Positions 35,020-46,734 of a stretch of 64,000 nucleotides of DNA are shown here, one piece after another (the first letter of the stretch is position 1; the number at the start of each line of letters is the position of its first letter). The notes under the pieces are model-generated. The model saw nothing but the letters and a program-made list of their open reading frames with translations. It had not been told where the DNA came from and ran no database searches. The translations under genes and the position numbers were made by a program. Source of the stretch: Chiloscyllium plagiosum (lineage: Eukaryota). The stretch is from contig NC_057728.1 of the NCBI RefSeq assembly GCF_004010195.1, positions 43,147,356-43,211,355 of the forward strand. Direction: 5' to 3'.

Positions 35020-37122
35020 AGTACTGTGTACAGTTCTGGTCACCCTGCAATAGGAAGAACTTTATTAAATTGGAGAGGGTTCGGAAAAGATTTACAAGGA
35101 TATTGCCAGGACTGGAAGGTTTGACACACACCAGTTTATAGTCCAACAGATTTATTTGGAAGGACTAGCTTTCAGAGCATTACTTCTTCACCAGGTAGCT
35201 GTGGAGCAGCACCATAAGACATAGAATTTAAAGCAAAAGATCACAGTGTCAAGCATGCAACTGATCCGATATGTTGGACAAACCTCGATTACTGTTAAGC
35301 CTTTCATCTTTTAGAATGGGTTGCAGGTCTTTGTTCATTAATATGTAAATCCCAGAACTTCTTTCAAATCACATTCTTGAGATAACTTAAGGTTTTATTT
35401 TTAAAAAAAAACTCAGACAATGCATTAAAGGTGTGAGGTTAGAGTCTGTCTGTGTCCTAATCTTGCGTCAGGCTGGTTCTGTTTCCAAAGTAGGAATTTA
35501 TAAAATGTCATATGGATTGACCGCCTGCAGACTATTTGAACAAAATAGAATGTATCTGCAAATACAATTGTGCAAATGCAAATTCACCCCATAAACTTAT
35601 GTGTGTGCGCGTGCATATGAGGGAGAGCGAGACAGAGTGTGTGTGTGGGGGAGAGAATGTGAGTGTGTAAGTGTGAAAGTGGGTGTTTGTGTGTGCGCGC
35701 CTCTCGAGATGTATGTGTGTGTGTATGAGAGAGGGTCTGCATGAGTGTGAGAGTAGGTAAGAGTGTGTGTGTATTCGTGTGAGTGTGTGTGAGAGACTGT
35801 ATAGCGTAGTGGGGTTGGTTACCTGTAGTGTGATATGAATCCAAAGTCCTGGTTGAGGCCATCCTCATGGGTGCTGAATTTGGCTATCAGCCTCTGCTTG
35901 GCCACTCTACGTTGTTGCGTATCCCGAAATCCACCTTGGAGGATGGTCACCCAAATGTCCCTGACTGTTGAAGTGTTCCCTGACTGGGAGGGAACATCCC
36001 TGGCTGGTGCTTGTTGCGTGGTGTCCATTCATCTGTTATCATAGCGACTGCTTAGTCTTGTCAATGTACCATACTTCAGGGCATCCTTGCCTGCAGCCAC
36101 TCATGCACATGCTGTCTCTCAGACGCGCGCGCACACACACACACGCACTCTCTCTCTCCCCCTTGCCCTCTCCCTCACATGCACACATGCACATACGTCT
36201 ATGCGGTGAATTTGCATTTTCAGAATTGTAATAGCAGATACATCTATTTTGTTTAAAAAGCACACAATCTGCAGGCAGATAGAACTAATCTGACTCAAGA
36301 TTGGGATACAGACAGACTCTAACCTCACAATTTTAATGCATTGTCTGAGGTGAGATGTCACTTTTCTGTAAAACCTTAAGATATCTCAAGAATGATTTGA
36401 AGCAAGTTCTGGGATTTACATATTAATGAATGGCAACCCATTATAAAAAAATGAAAGGCTTAACAGCAATCTAGATTTGTCAAATATAACACATCAGTTG
36501 CATGCACGACACTCTATTCTTTTGCTATAAATTCTGTGTCTTATGATACTGCTCCACAGCTACCTGATGAAGGAGCAGCGCTCCAAAAGCTAGTGCTTCC
36601 AAATAAATCTGTTGGACTATAACCTGGTGTTGTGCGATTTTTAACTTTGTCTACCCTAGTCCAACACCAGGCATCTCCACATCATGGAAGGTTTGAGTTT
36701 TAGGGAGAGGCTGGATAGATTGGGACTTATTCACTGGTGCCTGGAAGGTTGAGTGGTGACCTTCTAGATGTTTATAAAATCATTAGGGCTATAGATAAGG
36801 TGAATAGTAGAGGTCTTTTCCCTAGGATAGGGAGTTCAAAACTAGAGGGCATATTTTTAAGGTGAGAGGAGAAAGATTTAAAAGGGACTTGAGGGGCAAC
36901 TTTTTCACACAGAGGATGGTTCATAAGTTCAGTGAACTGCCAGCGAAAGTGTTAGATGCAGGTACACTTAGAACATTTAAAAGCTATTTGGATTGGTACA
37001 TGAATAGAAAAAGTTTTAGAGAATATGGGCCAAGCGCAGACAAGTCGGACTAGTTTAGTTTGGGAAACAGGGTTGGCATGGACAAGTAGGATCGAGTGGT
37101 CTATTTCCATGCTGTATGACTC
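35020..37122 (+). mobile_element. CR1 3' fragment split by a Penelope insertion
   Basis: YCVQFWSP..LERVRKRFTRILPGLEGL at 35020-35124 resumes at 36697 (RERLDRLGL..FFTQR) and ends in the CR1 3'UTR. Confidence 0.85.
35125..36684 (-). mobile_element. Penelope-like element (family B) with about 500-bp inverted arms and GIY-YIG remnant
   Basis: Minus frames CRQGCPEVWYIDKTKQSL and ILQGGFRDTQQRRVAKQRLIAKF..GLN; arms about 35125-35650 and 36130-36640 inverted; TSD TGGAAGGTTTGA at 35113-35124 and 36685-36696. Confidence 0.88.
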
Positions 37123-37434
37123 TAAAAATGTCATGAATGAAATGGTACTCTACCAACTGGTCTATAATCTAGGTTCATGGCTTACTCATTTTAGAATATC
37201 ATGTTTGGATTAGCATTAATGATCAGTTTCATTGGATTCCTATCAATGGAACCTGTAAATTGAGTTGTTTTAATTGTTCAAGTTAATGAGTTTTAGTAAT
37301 GTTCATAACATGATGAATAGAACAATTTTATGGCCATGATAGCAGGCATCTATTGCATTAAAAACTAAGTGAATGGAGTATGAATTTGTCTAGAATACAA
37401 ATTTGAATCTGCTTTTTATTCTATCATTTTGCAG

Positions 37435-37498
37435 TTATGATTCTGGACAAGAACCTGAAGGAAATGAACCCCAACAGTCTGGGAAATATTGTAGTGAA
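37435..37498 (+). CDS. ACSS3: ACSS3 exon 11
   Basis: ttgcag|TT..AA|gtgagt; (V)MILDKNLKEMNPNSLGNIVV(K); 64 nt; phases fit both neighbours. Confidence 0.93.
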
Positions 37499-38459
37499 GT
37501 GAGTGTTACTCATCAACAGTAGTTATTCTGAAATGCAACCCTGAAATTATTATTTTATTTAATTCAACTAATTTTACCTTTCTTTTGTTGTGTAAAATAT
37601 GCAAATCTATTCGCACATTTTAACCAAACTTTTAAAATCCAATCCATAAGAGATCATGCCATTTTCAGGAATAATACATAATTCTCCTAGTCAGACTATT
37701 CAGCTTTCTATGAATTTTTTAATTCTCAAGATGTGAACATCTCTGACTAGCATTTATTGCCCATCCTTCAATGCTCATGAGAAGGTGGTGGTGACCTTTT
37801 TGAATCCTAACTGTCAATGTGGTGAAAGTGTTTCTACATTGTCTTTCATCGAAATTTCCAGGGTTTTAATGCATCACTATGTAAAGAACAGCAATATATA
37901 GCTAAATCAAGATGATATCTAATTTGATGTCAAATTTGGAGGTATATCTTGGCAGCTATTGCAGCAGTCTTTCAAGATGATAAAACTTGTGGGTTCAGAA
38001 GGTGCTGTCGAGGAAGCCTTAGTGAGCTGCTATAAGTCATTGTAAAAAATAGACTTTGTAGACAAAATAGACATCAAAGTAGCAGGGTACCAATCAAACA
38101 TACTGCTTTGTTGAGGATGATATGGTGAATTATTGTGTGTTGTCACAGCTATGCTCAGCCAATGTATTCAATTGCATTCTTGATTTCTGCCTTGTAGCTA
38201 GAGAGGATTGGGGGAATTTGGAGGTGAGCCACTCAATTAAGAATGTTCAGCTTCTCGCCTGCTTTAGTATATTTAGCCCAGCTGAGGTTTTGACCAATGG
38301 ATTTTAACTGTGGGAGTATTTTGTGATGATAATCCATTATGTATCGAGAGGAGATGGTTTAAGTCCCCTTGTGTTATAGGTGGCTATTGCCTGGACCACA
38401 ACGTTGCATATCCAGGCAAGGTCTTGCTGCACAAATACATGAAACACTTCACGATCTGA

Positions 38460-38587
38460 TGACAATCACCTGATGAAGAAGCAGCAGTTTGAAGGCTAGT
38501 GCTTCCAAATAAACTTGTTGGACTATAACCTGATGTTGTGTGATTTTTAACTTTGTCCACCCCAGTACAACACTGGTTCCTCCAAAT
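38460..38587 (+). mobile_element. single-arm Penelope family B fragment
   Basis: TSD CTTCAC(G/T)ATCTGA at 38447-38459 and 38588-38600. Confidence 0.75.
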
Positions 38588-39071
38588 CTTCACTATCTGA
38601 AGAATTGTGAATGAAACAGAATACTGTTCATCACCAAATATTTTCATGATGTTTTGTTGCTGGGCAGGTCCTTGTTCAAAACCTGAAAATAATTGGACTC
38701 AGAATTCTGACCTGAGGATCTGTTGGAGCAAGGCCCTGGGCTGAAATGATTTACTTGCAGCAATTGTTCTTCTAACAAGTAGTTTAGCAGTTGATTGGGG
38801 TTAATTGGTTAATTTACTGGTCAATATAAAAGAGAGACTGTTGAGTTGAAGAAGCTGTAAGACTTGAGTCGTTAAGATGCTTTCTGCGGACAATTAATAA
38901 ACTCCATTCACAAAGGTAGATGTCTTGGTTCTCTTTTATAGGTTGGCTTCCACCCCTCCCACCCACTCCAACCTCTCACCCTCGGAACGCGCAGCCCTCC
39001 ACTCCCTCCGTTCCAACCCCAACCTCACCATCAAACCAGCTGACAAGGGAGGCGCAGTAGTAGTTTGGCGC

Positions 39072-40961
39072 GGACCAGTTCGGTCAGTCGAAGGAGGGTT
39101 TCAGGGTGAGGACCAGTTCGGTCAGTCGAAGGAGGGTTTCAGGGTGAGGACCAGTTCGGTCAGTCGAAGGAGGGTTTCAGGGTGAGGACCAGTTCGGTCA
39201 GTCGAAGGAGGGTTTCAGGGTGAGGACCAGTTCGGTCAGTCGAAGGAGGGTTTCAGGGTGAGGACCAGTTCGGTCAGTCGAAGGAGGGTTTCAGGGTGAG
39301 GACCAGTTCGGTCAGTCGAAGGAGGGTTTCAGGGTGAGGACCAGTTCGGTCAGTCGAAGGAGGGTTTCAGGGTGAGGACCAGTTCGGTCAGTCGAAGGAG
39401 GGTTTCAGGGTGAGGACCAGTTCGGTCAGTCGAAGGAGGGTTTCAGGGTGAGGACCAGTTCGGTCAGTCGAAGGAGGGTTTCAGGGTGAGGACCAGTTCG
39501 GTCAGTCGAAGGAGGGTTTCAGGGTGAGGACCAGTTCGGTCAGTCGAAGGAGGGTTTCAGGGTGAGGACCAGTTCGGTCAGTCGAAGGAGGGTTTCAGGG
39601 TGAGGACCAGTTCGGTCAGTCGAAGGAGGGTTTCAGGGTGAGGACCAGTTCGGTCAGTCGAAGGAGGGTTTCAGGGTGAGGACCAGTTCGGTCAGTCGAA
39701 GGAGGGTTTCAGGGTGAGGACCAGTTCGGTCAGTCGAAGGAGGGTTTCAGGGTGAGGACCAGTTCGGTCAGTCGAAGGAGGGTTTCAGGGTGAGGACCAG
39801 TTCGGTCAGTCGAAGGAGGGTTTCAGGGTGAGGACCAGTTCGGTCAGTCGAAGGAGGGTTTCAGGGTGAGGACCAGTTCGGTCAGTCGAAGGAGGGTTTC
39901 AGGGTGAGGACCAGTTCGGTCAGTCGAAGGAGGGTTTCAGGGTGAGGACCAGTTCGGTCAGTCGAAGGAGGGTTTCAGGGTGAGGACCAGTTCGGTCAGT
40001 CGAAGGAGGGTTTCAGGGTGAGGACCAGTTCGGTCAGTCGAAGGAGGGTTTCAGGGTGAGGACCAGTTCGGTCAGTCGAAGGAGGGTTTCAGGGTGAGGA
40101 CCAGTTCGGTCAGTCGAAGGAGGGTTTCAGGGTGAGGACCAGTTCGGTCAGTCGAAGGAGGGTTTCAGGGTGAGGACCAGTTCGGTCAGTCGAAGGAGGG
40201 TTTCAGGGTGAGGACCAGTTCGGTCAGTCGAAGGAGGGTTTCAGGGTGAGGACCAGTTCGGTCAGTCGAAGGAGGGTTTCAGGGTGAGGACCAGTTCGGT
40301 CAGTCGAAGGAGGGTTTCAGGGTGAGGACCAGTTCGGTCAGTCGAAGGAGGGTTTCAGGGTGAGGACCAGTTCGGTCAGTCGAAGGAGGGTTTCAGGGTG
40401 AGGACCAGTTCGGTCAGTCGAAGGAGGGTTTCAGGGTGAGGACCAGTTCGGTCAGTCGAAGGAGGGTTTCAGGGTGAGGACCAGTTCGGTCAGTCGAAGG
40501 AGGGTTTCAGGGTGAGGACCAGTTCGGTCAGTCGAAGGAGGGTTTCAGGGTGAGGACCAGTTCGGTCAGTCGAAGGAGGGTTTCAGGGTGAGGACCAGTT
40601 CGGTCAGTCGAAGGAGGGTTTCAGGGTGAGGACCAGTTCGGTCAGTCGAAGGAGGGTTTCAGGGTGAGGACCAGTTCGGTCAGTCGAAGGAGGGTTTCAG
40701 GGTGAGGACCAGTTCGGTCAGTCGAAGGAGGGTTTCAGGGTGAGGACCAGTTCGGTCAGTCGAAGGAGGGTTTCAGGGTGAGGACCAGTTCGGTCAGTCG
40801 AAGGAGGGTTTCAGGGTGAGGACCAGTTCGGTCAGTCGAAGGAGGGTTTCAGGGTGAGGACCAGTTCGGTCAGTCGAAGGAGGGTTTCAGGGTGAGGACC
40901 AGTTCGGTCAGTCGAAGGAGGGTTTCAGGGTGAGGACCAGTTCGGTCAGTCGAAGGAGGGT
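39072..40961. repeat. tandem array of the 38-bp unit GGACCAGTTCGGTCAGTCGAAGGAGGGTTTCAGGGTGA, 49 full copies plus a 28-nt partial
   Basis: Exact 38-nt period from 39072 to 40934 (1862/38=49); no variant units seen by eye. Confidence 0.97.
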
Positions 40962-41236
40962 GTCGGTGGAAGGGTACTGGGTGGTAGGGCGGGAAAGGAA
41001 GAAGCGGGGTGCTTTGAGTCCTTCGTGATGGGGGATGGAGGTGTACAGGGACTGGATGTCCATGGTGAAGATGAGGCGTTGGGGACCGGGGAAGCGGAAA
41101 TCCTGGAGGAGGTGGAGGGCGTGGGTGGTGTCACGAACGTAGGTGGGGCCTCTTTCCACCTATCACATTTCCCCCGCCCCTCCTCCAAGTCCCTCCTCCC
41201 TACCTTTTATCTTCTCCTGCTGAACACTCTCTGCTC

Positions 41237-41272
41237 ATTCCTGAAGAAGGGCCTGTGCCCGAAACGTCGAAT
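41237..41272 (+). ncRNA. minimal type-I hammerhead ribozyme motif (PLE-associated)
   Basis: ATTC-CTGAAGA-A-GGGC(CTGT)GCCC-GAA-ACGT-C-GAAT: stem I ATTC/GAAT, stem II GGGC/GCCC, full core, palindromic ACGU; activity untested. Confidence 0.7.
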
Positions 41273-42699
41273 CTCCTGTTCCCTGGATGCTGCCTGACCT
41301 GCTGTGCTGTTCCAGCAATAAAGTTTCAACGTAGAACTGAGTTGACATTGGCAGAGATGAAGATTGGAAACTAAGAGTTTGTTTCAGACTTAGGATTGTA
41401 TTTGGTGTTCCTTTGGAGAAGAAAGACTGAAACCAAATGCGGATTGTCAGGATATAGCTTTCCACTGATCTTTGTGAAGCTAAACTTCATGATCCATGGA
41501 CCAATGAAGTGGATAGGTGGACATGTTTATGTCTTCACTAATACAAAAGAAAGGTTCAGCCTTAGTACTCTTGCTTCCTAGAATAGCCAAGTTTTTTTGC
41601 ATCCATTCATGGGATGTAGTCATTGCTGACTGGGCGAGTGTTTGTTGCTCATTCTTAATTGCCCTTAAGGTGGTGATGAGCTGCATTTTTGAACTGCTGC
41701 AGCCCATTTGGTGTAGGTACATGAACAATGCCATTAGGGAGGGTGTCCCAGTATTTTGACCCAGTGACACTGAAGAAATGGTGAAATATTTCCAAGTCAG
41801 CAACTTACAGGGGACCTTGCAATTAGTTGTGTTCCCATATGTCTGTTACCCTTGTCATTCTAGATGGCATGGTTATGGGTTTCAAAGATACTTGGTACTA
41901 ATAAACATTGGTGAATTTCTGCAATGCATTCATGGAGATGGTACATATTGCTGCTGTTGAGCATACAGTTCAATTGAACTGTGTTGGACAGTGGATGTAT
42001 GAGTGTGTGGAGTGAATTGGTTAAAACATTATCCAGACTTTTTAAAATAATAAGGACCAAAGAAAGTTTAAGAAATTTGAGAGTTCCACCTGCTTCAGGT
42101 TTGTGGATGACCATATGCTAAAAAGAATGGTACCTCCCTTTAAAATAGATGCGGTAAGCCAGTTTAACAGCTCAGATACAGTGTTAAGGGAAATACTCCT
42201 ACTGTTCACCAGGTCATCTATGAAAAAGGCTAAAACGAAACTGGATATGGAACACAAGAAGATAATTGTTATTGGGAGGCAGTGGCTATGCAGTTTATGT
42301 AATACAGAGATAATTGTATTCCTTTATCAGGACCTAACCTTATTTAAATCATAAAAAATATTAAGCAGGTGTTATTGGCATCAGGACATACAGATTTAAG
42401 GGAAAAAAAAAGCAAATTATCTTAATATTACATTAGCAGTTTGCCCATCCATCTTCTCACAGGTTAAATCCTACTCAAAAGATGCCAGAGTAAGGGACAG
42501 TGAGTAAATTTACAGAAGAGATCGACAATAAATGTGATTTATGTAAGAACAAATTAAGGAGGACATCATCTCAGCCTATCATGACTCTTCCATTAATAAT
42601 ATCTCTGGAGTTGTAGCAATATACTTGAAGGTATGGGTTAAAGGAAAAAAATAAGATTTTTATCTTGCACTTTGTAGACATAGCAACTTAGTTGCTACG

Positions 42700-44150
42700 T
42701 AATAGCATTGTATAAAGAATAAAGAGTGGACACAGTAATAGAAAAATGGATAAGGACTGGATGAGAACACTGGCCAAATTCCCAATTGACAATGGGAAGC
42801 ATCTTACCAAAAATGAATTTAAAAATATGTGTGAAAATATGAGCATTGTGGTAATGAGCACTGCAGTTACCTTAAAATTCAAAAAACAAATCACTTAGCA
42901 ATAGGTTAGATGCTTCATATAATCCTAGTGGCCCAACCAAATTGTAGATGAACATTTGACATGGCTTGAGCAATCCATGCAAAGAACTCACTGCAAATTG
43001 TTGAAGGCCGAAGAAAGAAATCTGAAAATTTCTTTGGTAATGAGCAATCAATCCGTGGCTTGGGAAAGGACTACAGTTAGCTTCAGAGGAAATCTGCTGA
43101 ACCTCACAGCATTGTACAGAGACATTAGAAATAACCTTCAATCTAGAAACATGATATATTGCAAAACAGGCAGAAAAGGAAGAATCTGAGAAAGGTAATA
43201 GGTAGTTATAGAAAAATAGTAATTTTACAAAATGGCAACCAAAAAAAACAGGTGATATAGAACAAACGTGTTTATAAGTTGAATATTGCAGTGAAGGTTT
43301 TGTATTTCTCAGTTAGGTCCAACTTGCTGAAAATAGATTGTATTCAGTTTAGAGCAGACACAGTAATAGTATCACATACAGAAGCTGGCAGGCATCATTA
43401 TGATGCATGCTAATGATGTCCTGTGGTTGGTTCTATAGAATTTTGAGTGTTGTGATAGATAAAATAGAAAGAGAATTTATAAGTCGGGCTTCGGGGCTTT
43501 TAAATATTGACTTAGACATGAAGCTGTGACTTGACGTCAACAGTCTTACATACTATGATGTGACACACTATAGTTGAGGAAGTCTTGAGAATGAATAAAA
43601 AAATTAAAGAGAGAAAAATTGATTTTAATTAAAAAAATCTCGAGTGTCCAGCCTTGGGTGACTCAGAAAATGTGAAGATAGTCCTTGTTTTATTAGTAAT
43701 TCTTTGTACACCAATCTTATGATGACTCTTCAAATTCAGCAGGCTTTATCATATTCTTATTGGGAAGAATAACAAATGTTGGCTATTCATCTGAGAAGCT
43801 ATGAAAATAAAGCTAGTTACAAGTACTCTAGCAGCTGAAACATTAGTATGAGTAGAAGCTCTAGATGTCGGGGTGTATTTATCCAATATCTAAAGTAAAT
43901 CTTAAACAAGAAGCAAAAGCAAAACATTTACCTATAGAATGTTTAGTGGATAATCACCCTTTTTGGGGTAATGAGCATTCAGCAAAAATGTTGCTGAGAA
44001 AAGATTGAGGATTGACCTTGCTGGCATAAAGGAAATATTGTAAAGACATTTTCCAAATAAAGTCAGTCGATGCAAATAACCAGTTGTCAGATGGTTTCAC
44101 AAAAGAGGTGCTTTTTTCCAAGGATTCCTTGGAGAAGGAGACCCATGATA
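42700..44150 (+). mobile_element. degraded Ty1/Copia retrotransposon (RT and RNase H)
   Basis: VYKLNIAVKVLYFSVRS (YGLxxAxRxW-like), GIIMMHANDVLW (HVDD-like), STLAAETL, EKRLRIDLAGIKE, NQLSDGFTK (QLADxxTK-like); 5' boundary uncertain. Confidence 0.75.
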
Positions 44151-45589
44151 TGTGGAGTTATAACAGAAAAATTGGGATCATTTTGTAATTAAACATGTTA
44201 TTTTTGTTACTTCAAAGATCGGGGAACATGGGTGGTTGCTTGTATAATTTTGAACTGAGAATAAAAGTAACTTAAGTATAAAAAATCTTTTCATTATTTT
44301 ATTTAAGGATTGTTTCTGCATCTTCGAAGGTTTTCTTTAAAGGCAAGAGGAAAATCTAATAATGGAGTTACTAGATTAATTGACTATGTAAGATATAATA
44401 AGGGTCATGTGAGACTGGGGTGTCAGACTGAGTTGTTAATAAACTCTAGCTACAAAGAAAATTGTTTTGGTTTCTATGTCACTGACGTTGATCTAAATGG
44501 TAAGCAGTCAGTTACCTTCCATTGTGTTAAGTGTGACTAGTGAATGGAAAGTCTTTGTGATATACTGGTAGTACCCTAACTCTTGGCCAGGAGTCCTGGG
44601 TTTCAGTCTTATATGCCCAATACTGTAATAGGATCTTTGAACAGGTTGATAAGAAAATATCTCCACCTTGATTCCCATTGTCATCATTTTCACAAGAGCT
44701 TCTTGGTATTTACTCTTGGTTGAATGAAACCTGATGGTTAGAAGTAATTCTTGGCTGAATTCAAATTTGAAGCTCATTAAATAGTCCTGTTAAAATTTTA
44801 ATGATTAGGTAATTTATAAATGAATTACCAGGACATTCAAATTAAATTATATTGAGTAAACAAGAGAAGTTTGCAAAGTATAATTGATTGATTGAACTTC
44901 TAAGTTGTGACATATATTCTAAAATGATAGAAAGCTAATCAATGAAAAAGATTAAATGAATATTTTGCAATTTTTGTATCTCCAGGAAAAGCAATTGAAG
45001 TTGATATGTCACAGTTATTGTGTGGACATAATCTGTGGACACGTGGTAGTTGTTTTGAGAAGTACCATATGTAATCTTTAATAGTTGGTATTCAAACGGT
45101 CTAGTCATTAAAATAATATTACAATATAGCTGCAATATAACTGGAGGGTATGTTTTCAGTTATGTTGATTGTGAACAATGACAAGTGAAGGGGCCAGGTA
45201 ATTGTGTGAAAATCAACATTTAGTTGGCTGCCTGTTTGTTCCATGGAATGCACATTCTTCCCCATGTCTTTCTAAACCAGGTTGAAGTGGTCCCCACATA
45301 AAAGCTATAAAGTTTGAAATCAACGGTAAGGCCAGTGGCATAACTGTGCAATATTCAAATTTTTCTCATGGAAGTTGTGCATTGCACATAGTTTGCACAT
45401 TTGAAGTGAGGAGAGTTTGGCTAGTGCTGTGTAGAAATGTAATTGCTAAAAGCAAAAGTGATTGAATTTCACTTTTTAGGCTTCAGAGAGTTGGAACCTT
45501 AAAGAAACACTTCAATATTTTCATTTTTGCATTTTGTTCACATATTTAATGGCACTGTCTTGATTACTGTAGCAATTATGATCACTGTT

Positions 45590-45845
45590 ACCTACACAGA
45601 CATGTTAAGATGAGAAATTACTTCTCTCAAAGAGTTGTGAAATCTGTGGAATTCACTACCCAGAGTACAGTAGCTGCCAGGACATTTAACAAGATAGACA
45701 GATTCTTGATTATTAATGAGTTGAAGAGAGAGTGGTCAGGAAAATGGAGTTGAAGCCAAGATGACATCAGCCATGATTGTATCACTTGGTGGAGCAGGCT
45801 CGAGGGGCTGTATTGCCTACTTCTGCTCCTTGTTCTTATGTGTTC
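45590..45845 (+). mobile_element. CR1 3' end fragment
   Basis: agaaattacttctctcaaagagttgtgaaatctgtggaattcactacc..tcagccatgat..cttatgtgttcatg tail. Confidence 0.7.
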
Positions 45846-46734
45846 ATGCACAGGCAAGCATTGCTGGGAATTGTCTAATGAAAGCGACCATTGGATATAG
45901 GAGTGGATTTTCTTAGTCTATTTAAAGCTGGCCTCCATAATCTTGTTCACATGATAAATAAGGTCACCACCACCACCATAAACTCATAAGCCTCAGGTTT
46001 GTTTCAAGTTATTAAAGGAATATAAGCAATGTAAATCAATGTTCAAGGCACAGTTGCATTGTTTGCTGGAATAAATAACTATATCCATTTTTTTACCATG
46101 GAAAACTGGGAGCAGAAGTTTTTCAATTTAACTTAAAACTGAAATTTGTTTACATTGCAGTATTCCTGAAATGAGAGCAATATTAACAGCACTTTTGTAT
46201 CTCTCCAGCCTCCTATTCATAATTCCGTGTCCTCCTTGTACCAATTTACCAATATTCACATAGTCAGCAATAAAACCAGGAATAGTGGGACTATGTTTAT
46301 TTCCCAAGGGAATGTGATTATGTCTTGAATTAAGACCACTCTCCATGTCTGATATTTTTTGAAGGAGAAGGCAGACTGAAATAAATGCTCCTAAGAAACT
46401 AACTTTATATTTTAAAAAAGGCTTTGTCATATAATGCATGCTCTAGAACACTATCCCATAATTTCTGCATCATGTTTTCAGATTTTGTCTCGCATTATTG
46501 AGTATTTGTGATAATTTTTGTATTGACAAAATGCCGAACTGTTGTTTTGGGGGGAAAAATATGGAAATGTTATCCTTATGCTCTACTATTGATTTGATGT
46601 GAAAACAATGTTGTTATTGAGCCACTTCCTCCTAAGTTTAATTCACAGAGGGCAGAGGTCCAAATAGGACAACCATTCTTCCTTATGCTTCCTACAGAAA
46701 AGCCTCCAATGTAGCAAGTGGAAACCACAGCTAC

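Larger units (their letters stand above)
38945..41330. mobile_element. rearranged young Penelope family A element (+/-/+) enclosing a tandem array
   Basis: + frame SNLSPSERAALHSLRSNPNLTIKPADKGGAVVVWR; - frame FTMDIQSLYTSIPH..TLLRLTELVLTL; + terminal repeat with hammerhead at 41237-41272. Confidence 0.85.

Noticed and set aside
39072..40961. CRISPR array (38-bp repeat)
   Set aside because: No unique spacers, the unit is PLE RT coding sequence, the context is a eukaryotic intron, and there are no cas genes.
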